Shown here in pieces: positions 38,717 to 49,806 of a stretch of DNA of 64,000 bases (the first letter of the stretch is position 1; the number at the start of each line of letters is the position of its first letter). The notes under the pieces were generated by a model. It worked only from the letters and a program-made list of their open reading frames with translations. It did no database searches and was not told the origin of the DNA. The translations under genes were made by a program, and so were the position numbers. This stretch comes from an uncultured Pseudomonadota bacterium (lineage in GTDB: Bacteria > Pseudomonadota > Alphaproteobacteria > RF32 > CAG-239): positions 263 through 64,262 of the forward strand of contig CASGEB010000003.1 in the NCBI GenBank assembly GCA_949300375.1. Direction: 5' to 3'.

Positions 38717-40699
38717 TTATTTCAAGCTGTTTTTTACCGCCTCAACGACTTCTTCTTCGGTGATGCCGAAGAACTTATACAGCTCATCTGCCGGCCCGGA
38801 TGCTCCGAAACCGTCCATACCGATAATATCTCCGTTCAAACCGACATATTTTTCCCAGCCGAATTTGGAACCGGCCTCCACGGCAATCCGCGGACAATCT
38901 CCGAGAACTTCTTCCTGATATTTGATATCCTGACGATCAAACAGCTCGCAGCACGGCATGGAAACAACCGCCGCGGCAATTCCTTCGTCCGCAAGTTTTT
39001 TCTGAGCAGAAACGGCCAGAGAAACTTCCGAACCGGTGGCAATAATCGTTGCCTGGCGTTTTTGCCCTTTGGCAACATCCGAAATCACATAACCGCCGCG
39101 CGCCGTCAGATTTTCGGCTGCCGAAGCGCGCAGCAGAGGCAACCCCTGCCGGGTCAATGCCAAGATGCTCGGTGCGTTTTCATTTTCTAAAGCCAGCTGC
39201 CAGGCTTCTGCCGTTTCTACAACATCGCAAGGACGGAATGTAAAGAGGTTCGGCATTGCACGATAAGAAGCCAGATGCTCTACCGGCTGGTGAGTCGGTC
39301 CGTCTTCACCGACGCCGATGGAATCGTGCGTCAAAACATAAATTGCCCGAATGCCCATTAAAGCAGCCAAACGCATAGCCGGACGCATATAATCTGAAAA
39401 GACAAAGAATGTGCCTCCATAAGGAATAACGCCGCCGTGCAGAGACATACCGTTCATCAGCGCCGCCATAGCATGTTCCCGAATTCCGTAAGCCATATTG
39501 TTGCCGCTGAAATCTCCTTTGACAATATCTTTCATCCCGGCAACCTTTGTCAGATTAGAGGCCGCCAAATCGGCCGAACCGCCAAGAATCTCCGGAATAT
39601 GCGGCACAATCTTTTCCAAACACATTTGCGAAGCTTTGCGCGTGGCAACTTTTGTTTTTTCGGCGATGGACTGTTTTTTCAGCTCATCCAACTCCTTATC
39701 CCAATCTTTGGGCAGAATGTTATTGATAAAATCATTAAAACTTTTTCCGGCCTCTTTTGCCCGGGCTGCCCAATTTTTATAGGTTTCAGCATGGCGGCGG
39801 CCGGCCGTACGCCAAGCCTGAAGAACTTCTGACGGTATCTCAAAAGCAGGATAATCCCAGCCCAGATTTTGGCGCATTTTGGCCAGTTCATCCGCACCGA
39901 GCGGCGAACCGTGGCATTTGCTCGTCCCCTGTTTTGTCGGAGCGCCAAAACCGATTTTGGTTTTGCAGGCAATCAGCGTCGGTTTATTTGACTTTTGCGC
40001 TTTCTCAATGGCTCCGGCGATTTGGCGGTGGTTGTGTCCGTCAATTTCAATCGTATTCCAGTTATGAGCTTTAAAACGGGCTATCTGATCTGTCGAACTG
40101 GCGGAATCTACGCTGCCGTCTATAGTGATATTGTTATTATCCCAGAAAACAATCAGCTTGTTCAGTCCCAGATGTCCGGCCAGAGATATTGCTTCTTCCG
40201 AAATGCCTTCCATCAGGCAGCCGTCGCCGTTGATGACATAGGTATAATGGTTGCACAAATCATCTCCGAATCGGGCGGCAACAAACCTTTCGGCAATGGC
40301 CATACCGACTGCGGAAGAAATTCCCTGCCCCAAAGGCCCGGTTGTCATATCAATCCCGTCCAGATGACCGTATTCCGGATGTCCGGCCGTTTTGGCACCC
40401 AACTGACGAAAATTCTTAATGTCTTCAAGAGAAATATCTTTATACCCCAGCAGATACAGCAGAGAGTACATAAGCATGGAGCCGTGCCCGGCCGACAAAA
40501 CAAAACGATCCCGGTCAAACCAATGCGGCGACGCAGGGTTGAGCTTGATGTAACGGCTGAACAAAACCGTTGCAACGTCCGCCATTCCCAAAGGCATCCC
40601 CGGATGTCCGGATTTTGACTTTTCTATGGCGTCGGCACTCAAAAAGCGGATGGCATTGGCCATTTGCTCCGTTTGTTTGTCATTTTTAAAAAAGCACAT
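38717..40699 (-). CDS. tkt: Transketolase
   Basis: SGHPGMPLG, RFVLSAGHGS, GDGCLMEG, THDSIGVGEDGPTHQPVE. Confidence 0.98.
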   Translation of the reverse strand: MCFFKNDKQTEQMANAIRFLSADAIEKSKSGHPGMPLGMADVATVLFSRYIKLNPASPHWFDRDRFVLSAGHGSMLMYSLLYLLGYKDISLEDIKNFRQLGAKTAGHPEYGHLDGIDMTTGPLGQGISSAVGMAIAERFVAARFGDDLCNHYTYVINGDGCLMEGISEEAISLAGHLGLNKLIVFWDNNNITIDGSVDSASSTDQIARFKAHNWNTIEIDGHNHRQIAGAIEKAQKSNKPTLIACKTKIGFGAPTKQGTSKCHGSPLGADELAKMRQNLGWDYPAFEIPSEVLQAWRTAGRRHAETYKNWAARAKEAGKSFNDFINNILPKDWDKELDELKKQSIAEKTKVATRKASQMCLEKIVPHIPEILGGSADLAASNLTKVAGMKDIVKGDFSGNNMAYGIREHAMAALMNGMSLHGGVIPYGGTFFVFSDYMRPAMRLAALMGIRAIYVLTHDSIGVGEDGPTHQPVEHLASYRAMPNLFTFRPCDVVETAEAWQLALENENAPSILALTRQGLPLLRASAAENLTARGGYVISDVAKGQKRQATIIATGSEVSLAVSAQKKLADEGIAAAVVSMPCCELFDRQDIKYQEEVLGDCPRIAVEAGSKFGWEKYVGLNGDIIGMDGFGASGPADELYKFFGITEEEVVEAVKNSLK

Positions 40700-40718
40700 A
40701 TCTTTCTCCTTTGTTTTT

Positions 40719-41249
40719 TTAATTCAAGTCAAAAGCGGACTCATTATATTGTTTTTCCTGATTGGTCATCCGCAAGCCGAGATTGATTTGAAAAATACTG
40801 TCTTCCAATGTCGGAACCCGGATATCGACCGTCTGACCGCGAAACCTGAAAACCGGGGTTGAGGCCGGCACGTCAACTTGTTCGACAAACGTTTTTTCTC
40901 CCAGAAAAGCCGCCGGGCCTTCGCTGGTGCGATAAAACCAGTCCAGCATCACAAAAGCCTCGTTTCGGCCTCCGTCCAGGCGAATCAACTTAAACAATGG
41001 CGTAATGCTGGCTTTCGGCGATTTGACTTTGTCGTCAAACCAACAGTATCCTTCAAAACCGTACAGTTCTATTTTGAAATGGTCTTTATAGCCTTCTATC
41101 TGGCTCAGATAAGATTCCGAACGGTTGATAACAACATTCGGACAAGGCATTTTTTTTGCACTGCCGGCAGAATTTTCATCCGCTTCATATTCCGGCAGCA
41201 TACAGGAAGCGCATAGGAAAAAAGCCAGCAAAACAATTTTTTTTAACAT
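40719..41249 (-). CDS. Hypothetical lipoprotein
   Basis: LCASC lipobox; CPNV motif. Confidence 0.7.
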   Translation of the reverse strand: MLKKIVLLAFFLCASCMLPEYEADENSAGSAKKMPCPNVVINRSESYLSQIEGYKDHFKIELYGFEGYCWFDDKVKSPKASITPLFKLIRLDGGRNEAFVMLDWFYRTSEGPAAFLGEKTFVEQVDVPASTPVFRFRGQTVDIRVPTLEDSIFQINLGLRMTNQEKQYNESAFDLN

Positions 41250-41434
41250 TGGTATTCCTTTCTTGTGTGAAAGTATAAAAAATTATATTTTTAAAGTAAA
41301 CAAACATTCTTTTATTATTCCCGGGTGTCCGTTATCTTCCTGTTTCTCATTTCTCGTTTTATTTTATTGTTACTTTTTGAGCGTCAAAAAGGCCGGGCGA
41401 GGTGTAAACTCATACCTACAAACAAGACGACAGA

Positions 41435-42571
41435 TTATAGTTCAAAACAAGCCACCAATTCGCTATGCTCCGAAAAAGCGAACTGATCAACCAATGTAAC
41501 TTCCCGCAAATGATATCCGGCGGCAATTAATGTATTGGCATCATTAACAAAGCTGTGCGGGTTGCAGGAAACGGCAATCAGTTTTTCCGGTTTGTTTGCA
41601 AAAGCGGCAATCTGCGCCGTTTGAGCGGCAGCGCCGGCGCGCGGCGGGTCAAAAATAACGGCGCGGCAGCCGGCAAGTTCTTTTTCATCAAAAGGATATT
41701 TGAACAGATTTTTGTTAACGACTTCAACATTGCCTATCTGATTTTTGTTTAAAGACCGGCGAAAACCATCCAACAAAGCTGCCGAAGAATCTGCAGCCAA
41801 AATCTTATTGTTTTTATTTTCCGCCAAAGGATAAGAAAATGTTCCTACGCCGCAGAACAAATCGGCGATTTTTCCTTCCGTCCCGTTTAAGTATTTCATT
41901 ACCAGAGAAACCAGCGCCTGTTCTCCGGCCTTAGACGGCTGCAAAAACGTTCCGGCCGGAATGCAGACATCATATTTTCCCATTTTTACCAAAGGCCTGG
42001 CCTTTTCAATCAGCGGTTCGGCGGCATAATCTGTCTTTTCGCGGTGGGAAATACGAATAATATCCGGATATTGCTGCGCTTTTTCGGAAACTATCATCCG
42101 ATGCTCAAGAGACGGGATTCCGGCAAATTCCAATACAACGTCAATGCCGTTGTCAGCCTCGCAAAGCCAAACATCTCCGCCGGAAATATGCTGCGGAACG
42201 TTTTTGCGCCTTTTTTTGGCATTCGGCGATGCCAGCGGGAAAGCGCATAGTTCTTCCAGCAAAGAACGGATATTGGCAAGATTAGCGTTCAGACGCGGCG
42301 TTAACAAACAACAGGAGGCAACATCCACAAGCTCATTGCTGCGGCGTTGGTTAAATCCCAATATCAGTTTTCCTTTGCGGGCGGAAAAGGCCATTGAAGC
42401 CCGGCGGCGGACATTATCTCCGATAAAGACCGGCTTTCCGCAGGCTATATCTTTTTGCCGCAAGCCAGCCATAATTTTTTTAAAATCCTGCTCTTTCCGG
42501 CTGCGGTACTCGTCTTCCGGCATATTGCGGTAACGGCAGCCGCCGCAGATTTCCTGATACGGACAAGACAT
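41435..42571 (-). CDS. rlmD: 23S rRNA m5U methyltransferase, RlmD/RumA family
   Basis: CPYQEICGGC Fe-S motif, FLQPS, DLFCGVGTF, DPPRAG, VSCNP, DQF…H.E. Confidence 0.88.
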   Translation of the reverse strand: MSCPYQEICGGCRYRNMPEDEYRSRKEQDFKKIMAGLRQKDIACGKPVFIGDNVRRRASMAFSARKGKLILGFNQRRSNELVDVASCCLLTPRLNANLANIRSLLEELCAFPLASPNAKKRRKNVPQHISGGDVWLCEADNGIDVVLEFAGIPSLEHRMIVSEKAQQYPDIIRISHREKTDYAAEPLIEKARPLVKMGKYDVCIPAGTFLQPSKAGEQALVSLVMKYLNGTEGKIADLFCGVGTFSYPLAENKNNKILAADSSAALLDGFRRSLNKNQIGNVEVVNKNLFKYPFDEKELAGCRAVIFDPPRAGAAAQTAQIAAFANKPEKLIAVSCNPHSFVNDANTLIAAGYHLREVTLVDQFAFSEHSELVACFEL

Positions 42572-42577
42572 GGCTTT

Positions 42578-44338
42578 TTACAAATCCTCGTCATCCACGC
42601 CGAGAATATTCATTTTTTCCGGCTTTTTCTTTTTTTCTTCAATTTCAACATTGTCTTCTTGAATCCGGGACGAATCTATGCCGTCCAGCAATGAGATTTC
42701 ACGAGCGTCTTCTTTGTCAAAAATCGGATGGTGATTTTGGTTTTCTTTCCGGGCGGCCTCGTCCTCGGCCCCCATATTTTCAAAATCTTCCGGCCGGAAG
42801 ATGCAACAGCGGTTGCGGCCGGTTTGTTTTGCCCGATATAACGCTTCATCAGAAGTTTTTATCAACATTCCGACATTGTCGGAAATCTCGGATGAAGATA
42901 TGCCGATACTGACCGTAAAACGAACTTCTTCGCCTTCATCGCTGTAAACGACGGCGGCGGCAATGCTTTCACGCAGCCGTTCGGCAACAATCTCGGCCTG
43001 TTTCGGAGTGGTATGCGGCAAAAAGACAACAAATTCTTCGCCGCCATAACGCGCAACAATATCATCTTCCCGCAGGTTTTTCTCACAAGTATAGGCCAGT
43101 TCTATCAGAACCTTATCACCCACTTTATGTCCGTATGTATCGTTTACACGTTTGAAATGATCGGCATCAAGCATCAAAACACAATATTTTTCGTTATTGG
43201 TTTTGGCATCCACAATACGGTTAAATACTTCTTCTTCAAAGTAGCGGCGGTTATACAGCGAGGTCAGCGGGTCGCGAATCGCCTGATTTTTGAGCAGCAT
43301 TTCGCGGTTTTTGCGCGACGTGATGTCCTGAAAAGCAGAATACAGCACAACATCATAATTATAATCAATGATGTTGACTGATGCCAACAGCCAAAAAGGC
43401 GTATCGCCGCTCGGGGTTTTGACCAGGATTTCAAAGTCTTGCACTTCTTTTTCCTTTTCCAGCCTCTCGTTTAAAAGACGGCGGTTATCGACGTCTACAA
43501 AAAAGTCTTTCAAACGGTAGCGATCAACTTCCTGCGGCAAAATGCCGAACAATTTGACGGCGTTGGTGTTGGCCATAATGATTTTGTCATCATTCAGCTT
43601 GGACAGGATAATCGGAAACGGGGACGATTTGATGATATCGGCCAGACGCCGGTTGCTTTTTTTTACTTCTTCTTCCTGAATGTCATATTTGGTACTCAGG
43701 GCGTTGATTTTGATAATCAAAATGGCAACGGCCAGCAAAACATAAAACAGGGCGGAAGAATACCAAAGCTCCGCACTGTCTACCGCCCAACCGATGTGAG
43801 ACAGTTTCAGAATCATCAACAAACTGATGGCGGCCGTTACAACAGAGGCCAGAATATAGCCGCTTTTATACCGCTGGGTTACCTGAGACAAAAAGCCGAC
43901 ACTCAGATAGGCAAAACCGGCTATCGGAAAAACATAACGCAGACTGGATACCATATTGCCGTCAGGAAAGATAAAGACATATGAGACAACCGAAATCAGT
44001 CCCAGCCCGGCAACACCCAGAATCACCGGCAAATCAGGAATATTCTTCAACAGAATCTGCGAGGCGGCAACCGCCAGAAACACCATTGAACCCAAAAGCA
44101 GCAAAAGCTCGAAGAAAACATATATCTCTACTTCGCTCCCGGCTTTATATACATTGAATGACTGATATTCAATCGCAACAACCACCAAATCCAACAGCAG
44201 GCCCAAAAACAAAAACCATATGCCGCGGCGTACCGGCGTGCCTTTTTCGGTATAAAAACAGGACAAAAACAACAAAAAGAATGCCGTTAATGTTACAATA
44301 ATATGTGTTGTATTTGCAAATATGCCGATATTTCCCAT
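42578..44338 (-). CDS. Multi-TM PAS-GGDEF diguanylate cyclase
   Basis: About 7 hydrophobic helices, PAS (SSPFPII…DITSRK), DPLTSLYNRR, GGEEF active site, REDD I-site. Confidence 0.92.
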   Translation of the reverse strand: MGNIGIFANTTHIIVTLTAFFLLFLSCFYTEKGTPVRRGIWFLFLGLLLDLVVVAIEYQSFNVYKAGSEVEIYVFFELLLLLGSMVFLAVAASQILLKNIPDLPVILGVAGLGLISVVSYVFIFPDGNMVSSLRYVFPIAGFAYLSVGFLSQVTQRYKSGYILASVVTAAISLLMILKLSHIGWAVDSAELWYSSALFYVLLAVAILIIKINALSTKYDIQEEEVKKSNRRLADIIKSSPFPIILSKLNDDKIIMANTNAVKLFGILPQEVDRYRLKDFFVDVDNRRLLNERLEKEKEVQDFEILVKTPSGDTPFWLLASVNIIDYNYDVVLYSAFQDITSRKNREMLLKNQAIRDPLTSLYNRRYFEEEVFNRIVDAKTNNEKYCVLMLDADHFKRVNDTYGHKVGDKVLIELAYTCEKNLREDDIVARYGGEEFVVFLPHTTPKQAEIVAERLRESIAAAVVYSDEGEEVRFTVSIGISSSEISDNVGMLIKTSDEALYRAKQTGRNRCCIFRPEDFENMGAEDEAARKENQNHHPIFDKEDAREISLLDGIDSSRIQEDNVEIEEKKKKPEKMNILGVDDEDL

Positions 44339-44517
44339 TATTTCTCCCCGTCGGATTTTATTGGAATGCGTTTCTTGCATTAAAGCGGTTTTAGTTTATA
44401 TTGAGATTATTATAATTTAAAGCTTTAATTAAAATTAAAAAATATGATGAATATTAAAATAAATATAGTATTATTGTGATATTCGGAATTTGCTTTTGTT
44501 AAAAAGAGAGAAAAAAG

Positions 44518-45684
44518 ATGAACAAACATATGCCCAGGCATTACAGCAACCATTTTGAGCTCCGGCTTGACAAGATACCCGCCCGCAAAACAGACAGAAT
44601 GTCCGCATGGATTTTTTATCTCGGCCTGCTGGCCGGCGCGGCCTTGATTTTGCTCGGCGCATATGAGCTTTTTTCCGGCATCAGCGCTACCCGCAGCGAT
44701 TTTACCGGAAATTTTCCGACAACCGATTTTCAGCCAGTGATGAATCCGACATTTTTTGACATTATCATTATGCTTATCGGCGCCGGAATTATTATTGCGT
44801 TATTTTGCAACTATTTTCAATATCGCAAAATTTATTTTGACGGCAAAAACGTGGAAATCATCACCCGGCTGCTTAACGGCAAAAAGCTCCGGATGAAAGA
44901 AAAAATTGTCAAATATGAAGGCGTGCGTTTCAGAATCGAATTTGCACAGCTTGGTTTTATCAGCCGAAACAAATATATTATTGAACTCTCTCACAAGAAT
45001 CCGGAAAAATGCGTGCCGCTTTACATTTCTTACCGCGGCAAAAATGTGCGCCGCAAATGGGAAAATTACGCCCGGACGTTCGGTCTGCCGGCTTTGGTTC
45101 TGACTGCCGACGGCCTGGTCTCCCGCAAAACCGAGAATTTGAACAAATCCATCAAAGAACTGAAAAAAGCCGGAGAACTGCAAATTGATTATGATATTCA
45201 AAAAGCGCCCCTTCCCAAAAGCCTGGCCGTCGTCTGGCGCTCTGACAAAACGGTTTTGAAAATCCGCAAAACCATTTGGGACGCCTATAATATTCTGGCG
45301 ATTGCCGTTATTGCCGGTGCATCCGTCTTAATCAAATGCATTGAACATCTGGCACCGAATCTGAACCGCGGCGGCTTTTGGATTTTTTACGGCGTAATGG
45401 CGCTTTTTATTGCTCTGGCCGTGATTATATTATTCAGAAAAGACAAGATTGTGATTAAAAAATATAAAATCGTCAATGTTCACAAGTTCTTCGGTTTTTC
45501 TAAAAAACACGGAGAAATGAGCAAAGCTGACATTGAAGCCATCGACATTACGCCGAATCCGGCGACCGGGAGATGTTTTGTTTCCATCATCTCGGACAAA
45601 AAGACCATTATCTTCGGCAAAAAACTTCCGCTCGAGGATTTACGCTGGATTAAGAACTTTCTGCTATATGAACTTACAAAGTGA
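44518..45684 (+). CDS. Hypothetical membrane protein (two TM pairs, each followed by a beta-rich soluble domain)
   Basis: 388-aa ORF with four hydrophobic segments. Confidence 0.75.
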   Translation: MNKHMPRHYSNHFELRLDKIPARKTDRMSAWIFYLGLLAGAALILLGAYELFSGISATRSDFTGNFPTTDFQPVMNPTFFDIIIMLIGAGIIIALFCNYFQYRKIYFDGKNVEIITRLLNGKKLRMKEKIVKYEGVRFRIEFAQLGFISRNKYIIELSHKNPEKCVPLYISYRGKNVRRKWENYARTFGLPALVLTADGLVSRKTENLNKSIKELKKAGELQIDYDIQKAPLPKSLAVVWRSDKTVLKIRKTIWDAYNILAIAVIAGASVLIKCIEHLAPNLNRGGFWIFYGVMALFIALAVIILFRKDKIVIKKYKIVNVHKFFGFSKKHGEMSKADIEAIDITPNPATGRCFVSIISDKKTIIFGKKLPLEDLRWIKNFLLYELTK

Positions 45685-45768
45685 AATTTGAGAAAAAAGT
45701 CTTTGCTAAAATGAGTTGTTTCAGATATAAACAAAGTTAACGAAACTTTTTAACCGGAGATGGATTAA

Positions 45769-46449
45769 ATGAAAAAGGAAAAAGCCCCCAAAACCTTGCA
45801 AGACGCTTTTATTGAAGAGGTTAACGAGGATTTGAAAAATGACCAGTTGAAACAAATCTGGGACAAGTACGGCCTGCACATCATTATCGTTATCGTGGCC
45901 GTTCTGGTTGCCGCGGTCAGCTTTGAAAGCATCAAAGCCTGGAGAATCCGGCATCATCAGGAAAACTCCAATGTTTATGCCTATGCGGCCAGCCTTTCGG
46001 AACAGGGGAAAATCGAGGAAAGCAACAATGTGCTGAAGACGATTGCCGAAAACAACAACGGCATTTATGCCGACGCCGCCCGGATGCAGCTGGCAAAAAA
46101 TTATGCCGAAAGCGGAAAAACGGAGGAGGCTCAAAAAGTTTTGCAGGAGATAGCAGACGACGGCAGTTCCAATCCGCAGGTTAAAAACGTGGCAATCATC
46201 AAACTGGCAGCCATGCAGGTTGAAACCGCCTCTTATGACGATTTGGCAAAGATGCTGGAACCGGTTCTGCAAAACAAAAACTGGAGCGGCATGGGAAAAA
46301 GCCTGCTCGCTCTTTCGGCTCTTCATAAAAAAGACTATGCCAAGGCTCGCCAACTTTACGATGAAATTTCCGCAGATGCCGGTGCTCCGGACAGTCTGAA
46401 AGCCGAGGCGCAGGATATGATTGCAATTCTGGACGAGACCGTTAAGTAG
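45769..46449 (+). CDS. YfgM-like TPR membrane protein
   Basis: FIEEVNEDLK…TM…helical repeats; precedes bamB-der as in the conserved operon. Confidence 0.85.
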   Translation: MKKEKAPKTLQDAFIEEVNEDLKNDQLKQIWDKYGLHIIIVIVAVLVAAVSFESIKAWRIRHHQENSNVYAYAASLSEQGKIEESNNVLKTIAENNNGIYADAARMQLAKNYAESGKTEEAQKVLQEIADDGSSNPQVKNVAIIKLAAMQVETASYDDLAKMLEPVLQNKNWSGMGKSLLALSALHKKDYAKARQLYDEISADAGAPDSLKAEAQDMIAILDETVK

Positions 46450-46477
46450 TTTTTTAGAATAATAAGGATGATTTCTG

Positions 46478-47800
46478 ATGTATGGTAATTTGGTGAAAAA
46501 TACGATATGCGCCGGTTTGATTCTGGCTTTGGGCGCCTGCGGGCTTTTTTCTGACGAAAAAATCAAGCTGGAAGGAGAACGGCTTTCCGTTTTGAGCGGA
46601 TCGGCAAAACTGCAGCCGGATTATCCGGAAGGCAAAGTCAAAATCAAACTGCCCGAACCCGTCAGAAATCCCCGCTGGTCGCAAGACGGCGGAAATTCCG
46701 AGCATATTATGGGACATCTGGCCGCCAGTTCCCGTCTGAAAAAATTCTGGGATGCCGGTTTCGGCGAAGGGAGTTCCAAGCGCGATATGCTGATTGCCAA
46801 ACCGATTATTGCGCATCGCGTTGTCTTTGCCATTGATGCGGATGCCATTGTTACCGCCCGGCGGCTCGACAGCGGCGACCAAATTTGGAAAAAACGCCTG
46901 AAACCGCGTAATAAAGATGATAAGTCCAGTTCAATGAAAGGCGCAGGGCTGGCATATTTTGGCAAAAAGATTTATGCCACGACCGGGTTTGGCGGCGTTT
47001 TTGCCCTGGATATGCTGACCGGACGCGAACTCTGGCGTTATGACGCGGGAATGCCTATCCGTATTGCGCCGACGGCCAATGCCGACAAATTGTTTGTTCA
47101 GACGATTGACAATACGCTTATTGCACTGAATTCTATTTCCGGGGAAGAAGTCTGGAGATACAAAACCAAAACGGAAGACACGACTCTGGTCGGCGGCGCG
47201 GCTCCGGCTTACAGCCCCTATCTGGATGTTGTGATTGCGGCCTTTTCCAACGGAGAACTCCGCGCTTTCAAATCCAGTACAGGCACGCCGTTGTGGGCTG
47301 ACAACCTTATCAGCCGCAAACGGAATAATTCGCTGGCCAATATTGCGGCTATCAAAGCAAATCCGGTCATTGACAATGATAAAATTTTTGCTATCGGAAA
47401 CAGTGATGTTTTGGCTGCCATCGATCTAAAAACCGGTATGAGAATTTGGGAACGAGAAGTCTCCGGAACAAATCAGCCGTGGGCCGCCGGACAATATTTG
47501 TATGTTTTGAGCGACAATAACGAATTGCTGGCGCTGAATAAAAATGACGGCAAAATTATTTGGAATACGGAAATTCCCAACGTTAACGACAAACCGGGCG
47601 AATTTGCCGTCGGGCCGGTTCTGGTTAACAACCGGCTGCTGGTTCCGACTTCAGACGGACACGTTTTTTCTATTTCGCCTTACAACGGCAAGCTGATCGG
47701 CTTTATTAACATTGATGAAGATATTGATATGGCACCGATTGTTGCCGACGGTGTTGTTGTCTTTACGACAAACGAAGCCGAACTGCTGGCTTATAAATAA
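46478..47800 (+). CDS. bamB: BamB-like PQQ beta-propeller lipoprotein
   Basis: Lipobox LGAC, repeated AxDxxTGxxxW motifs; between the yfgM-like gene and der. Confidence 0.8.
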   Translation: MYGNLVKNTICAGLILALGACGLFSDEKIKLEGERLSVLSGSAKLQPDYPEGKVKIKLPEPVRNPRWSQDGGNSEHIMGHLAASSRLKKFWDAGFGEGSSKRDMLIAKPIIAHRVVFAIDADAIVTARRLDSGDQIWKKRLKPRNKDDKSSSMKGAGLAYFGKKIYATTGFGGVFALDMLTGRELWRYDAGMPIRIAPTANADKLFVQTIDNTLIALNSISGEEVWRYKTKTEDTTLVGGAAPAYSPYLDVVIAAFSNGELRAFKSSTGTPLWADNLISRKRNNSLANIAAIKANPVIDNDKIFAIGNSDVLAAIDLKTGMRIWEREVSGTNQPWAAGQYLYVLSDNNELLALNKNDGKIIWNTEIPNVNDKPGEFAVGPVLVNNRLLVPTSDGHVFSISPYNGKLIGFINIDEDIDMAPIVADGVVVFTTNEAELLAYK

Positions 47801-47816
47801 ATTTAAGGAAGAAATA

Positions 47817-49196
47817 ATGGCATTGAAAGTTGCAATCATCGGCCGCCCGAATGTCGGAAAGTCAACATTGTTTAACCGTCTTGTCGGACGTAAAGTGGCT
47901 ATTGTCCATGATCAGCCCGGCGTAACCCGCGACCGGAGAGAAGCTTCGGCAAAGCTCCGCGATTTGACGCTGACAATTGTCGATACGGCCGGATATGAAT
48001 ATTCTAATGAAGACAATCTGGAAAGGCGGATGTGGGAACAGACCAAGCGGGCAATCGACGAATCTGACGCAGCGCTGTTTTTATTTGATGCCCGCGCCGG
48101 ATTGCAACCTTATGACGAGCATTTTGCAGACATTCTGCGCCAGTCCGGAAAGCCGGTTATTCTTTTGGCCAACAAATGTGAAAGCAAAACTCAGGAAGAC
48201 GGCATTTATGAGGCTTATAAACTCGGACTTGGACAACCTATTCCTTTTTCGGCAGAACACGGGTTGGGCATTAATGAGCTTTATGACGCCCTGAAAAAAT
48301 TTGATAAAAAAAATGCATCTGAATCCCCGGAATCCGATGAAAAAGAACAAAACGACGCAATTGATGACGGCGAGGACAAACGTCCGATCCAGCTGGCGAT
48401 TGTCGGCCGGCCGAATGTCGGAAAGTCAACGTTAGTTAATGCTCTGTTGAATGACGAAAGGATGCTGACCGGACCGGAAGCCGGCGTAACGCGGGATGCC
48501 ATTACCAGCGAATGGTCGTGGGAAGGGCATCAAATTAATCTGGTCGATACGGCCGGGCTGCGCAAACGAGCCAGAATCTCTGATTCACTGGAGAAAATGT
48601 CTGCCGCCAGCACAAAACACGCGGCTTTTATGGCTCAGGTCGTGGTTTTAGTTCTGGATGCGGATGCCGTTTTGGAAAAACAGGATCTGACGATTGCACG
48701 GCAGGTTATTGACGAGGGACGGGCCTTGGTTATTGCCGTCAACAAGTGGGATATTGCCAACCGTAAGGAGGCTCTGGAGCAATTAAATTATAAGCTTGAA
48801 ACTTCTCTGACACAAGTCGAAGGCGTGCCGACAGTTACGATTTCGGCGTTAAAAAGAGAAAATCTTGACAAGCTGATGCGGGCGGTTATCAAAGTTTATA
48901 ACCGGTGGCGCAGCCGTATTCCGACAGCTCCGTTAAACCAATGGTTTGCCGATATGATAGACAATTATCCGCCGCCTCTGGGCAAAAACAAACGCCGGAT
49001 TAAGCTGCGTTACATTACGCAGGCTAAAACACGCCCGCCGTCGTTTTATATTTTTTCCAGCAATCCGGAAGGGCTGCCGGAGTCTTATTTGCGCTATCTG
49101 ACCAATAGTCTGCGCGAGAATTTTGATTTGCGCGGCATTCCGCTCAGAATTACGGTACGAAAAACCGGCAACCCTTATGCTGACAAAAAAAATTAA
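47817..49196 (+). CDS. der: Ribosome biogenesis GTPase Der (EngA)
   Basis: Two GRPNVGKS G-domains, DTAG, NKCE/NKWD, KH-like C-terminus. Confidence 0.97.
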   Translation: MALKVAIIGRPNVGKSTLFNRLVGRKVAIVHDQPGVTRDRREASAKLRDLTLTIVDTAGYEYSNEDNLERRMWEQTKRAIDESDAALFLFDARAGLQPYDEHFADILRQSGKPVILLANKCESKTQEDGIYEAYKLGLGQPIPFSAEHGLGINELYDALKKFDKKNASESPESDEKEQNDAIDDGEDKRPIQLAIVGRPNVGKSTLVNALLNDERMLTGPEAGVTRDAITSEWSWEGHQINLVDTAGLRKRARISDSLEKMSAASTKHAAFMAQVVVLVLDADAVLEKQDLTIARQVIDEGRALVIAVNKWDIANRKEALEQLNYKLETSLTQVEGVPTVTISALKRENLDKLMRAVIKVYNRWRSRIPTAPLNQWFADMIDNYPPPLGKNKRRIKLRYITQAKTRPPSFYIFSSNPEGLPESYLRYLTNSLRENFDLRGIPLRITVRKTGNPYADKKN

Positions 49197-49336
49197 GTTT
49201 AATGCTATATTTTCCCGCTTCTGAAAAAGGCGGGATTTTTTTGGCAAAAACATATGGACAAAATTTGAAAAATATATTATAAAAACATTTGAGAATTTAT
49301 TATTTTATTGTTTTTATAACTAAAACTCCAAAATTT

Positions 49337-49666
49337 ATGAACTGGATAATTATTTTAGGATGTTTACTTTTTTGTTTGTGGCAAAGGAACCATTATCGTC
49401 AGAAAATTGACCAGCTGTCCAAACGTCTTAAGTATTACAGCGACAAGCTTGATTTTGAACAAGTTGAGAAAAACAAGCTAATAACGCACCTCTTGGATTT
49501 GACAGACGGGCTTAATCCCCAACGAGATTGGTGGCTGGATGACGTTTCATCATCTGTTATCCGGAGATGGATACGGGATTTGAACGCTTCGCCGAAGCCA
49601 CCGCTTCATGTTATTGCTTATCTGGAGCGAACGCTGCAAAAAAGAAAGCTGAACATAACTATCTGA
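49337..49666 (+). CDS. Small TM + coiled-coil hypothetical protein
   Basis: MNWIIILGCLLFCLW followed by a helical region; AT-rich. Confidence 0.55.
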   Translation: MNWIIILGCLLFCLWQRNHYRQKIDQLSKRLKYYSDKLDFEQVEKNKLITHLLDLTDGLNPQRDWWLDDVSSSVIRRWIRDLNASPKPPLHVIAYLERTLQKRKLNITI

Positions 49667-49806
49667 AAAAAATAAAAACATCTGTCAACATCATTACGGC
49701 AGATGTTTTTTGTAAAAATTTCTGGACTTTTTAATCCGGCCGGGCTATATAGTCAGCCGAATTGAGATAATTATGTTTATTAAATGATAATTTAAAACCA
49801 ACAAAT

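Noticed and set aside
33805-40699. Calvin-cycle (cbb) operon from rpe, fba and tkt
   Set aside because: No RuBisCO, prk or cbbR; these enzymes also serve the pentose-phosphate pathway and glycolysis.
45721-46566. 281-aa minus-strand ORF and other long antisense ORFs (for example 57893-58552, 58760-59428, 21394-22113)
   Set aside because: They overlap well-supported genes on the opposite strand and show no recognisable motifs.
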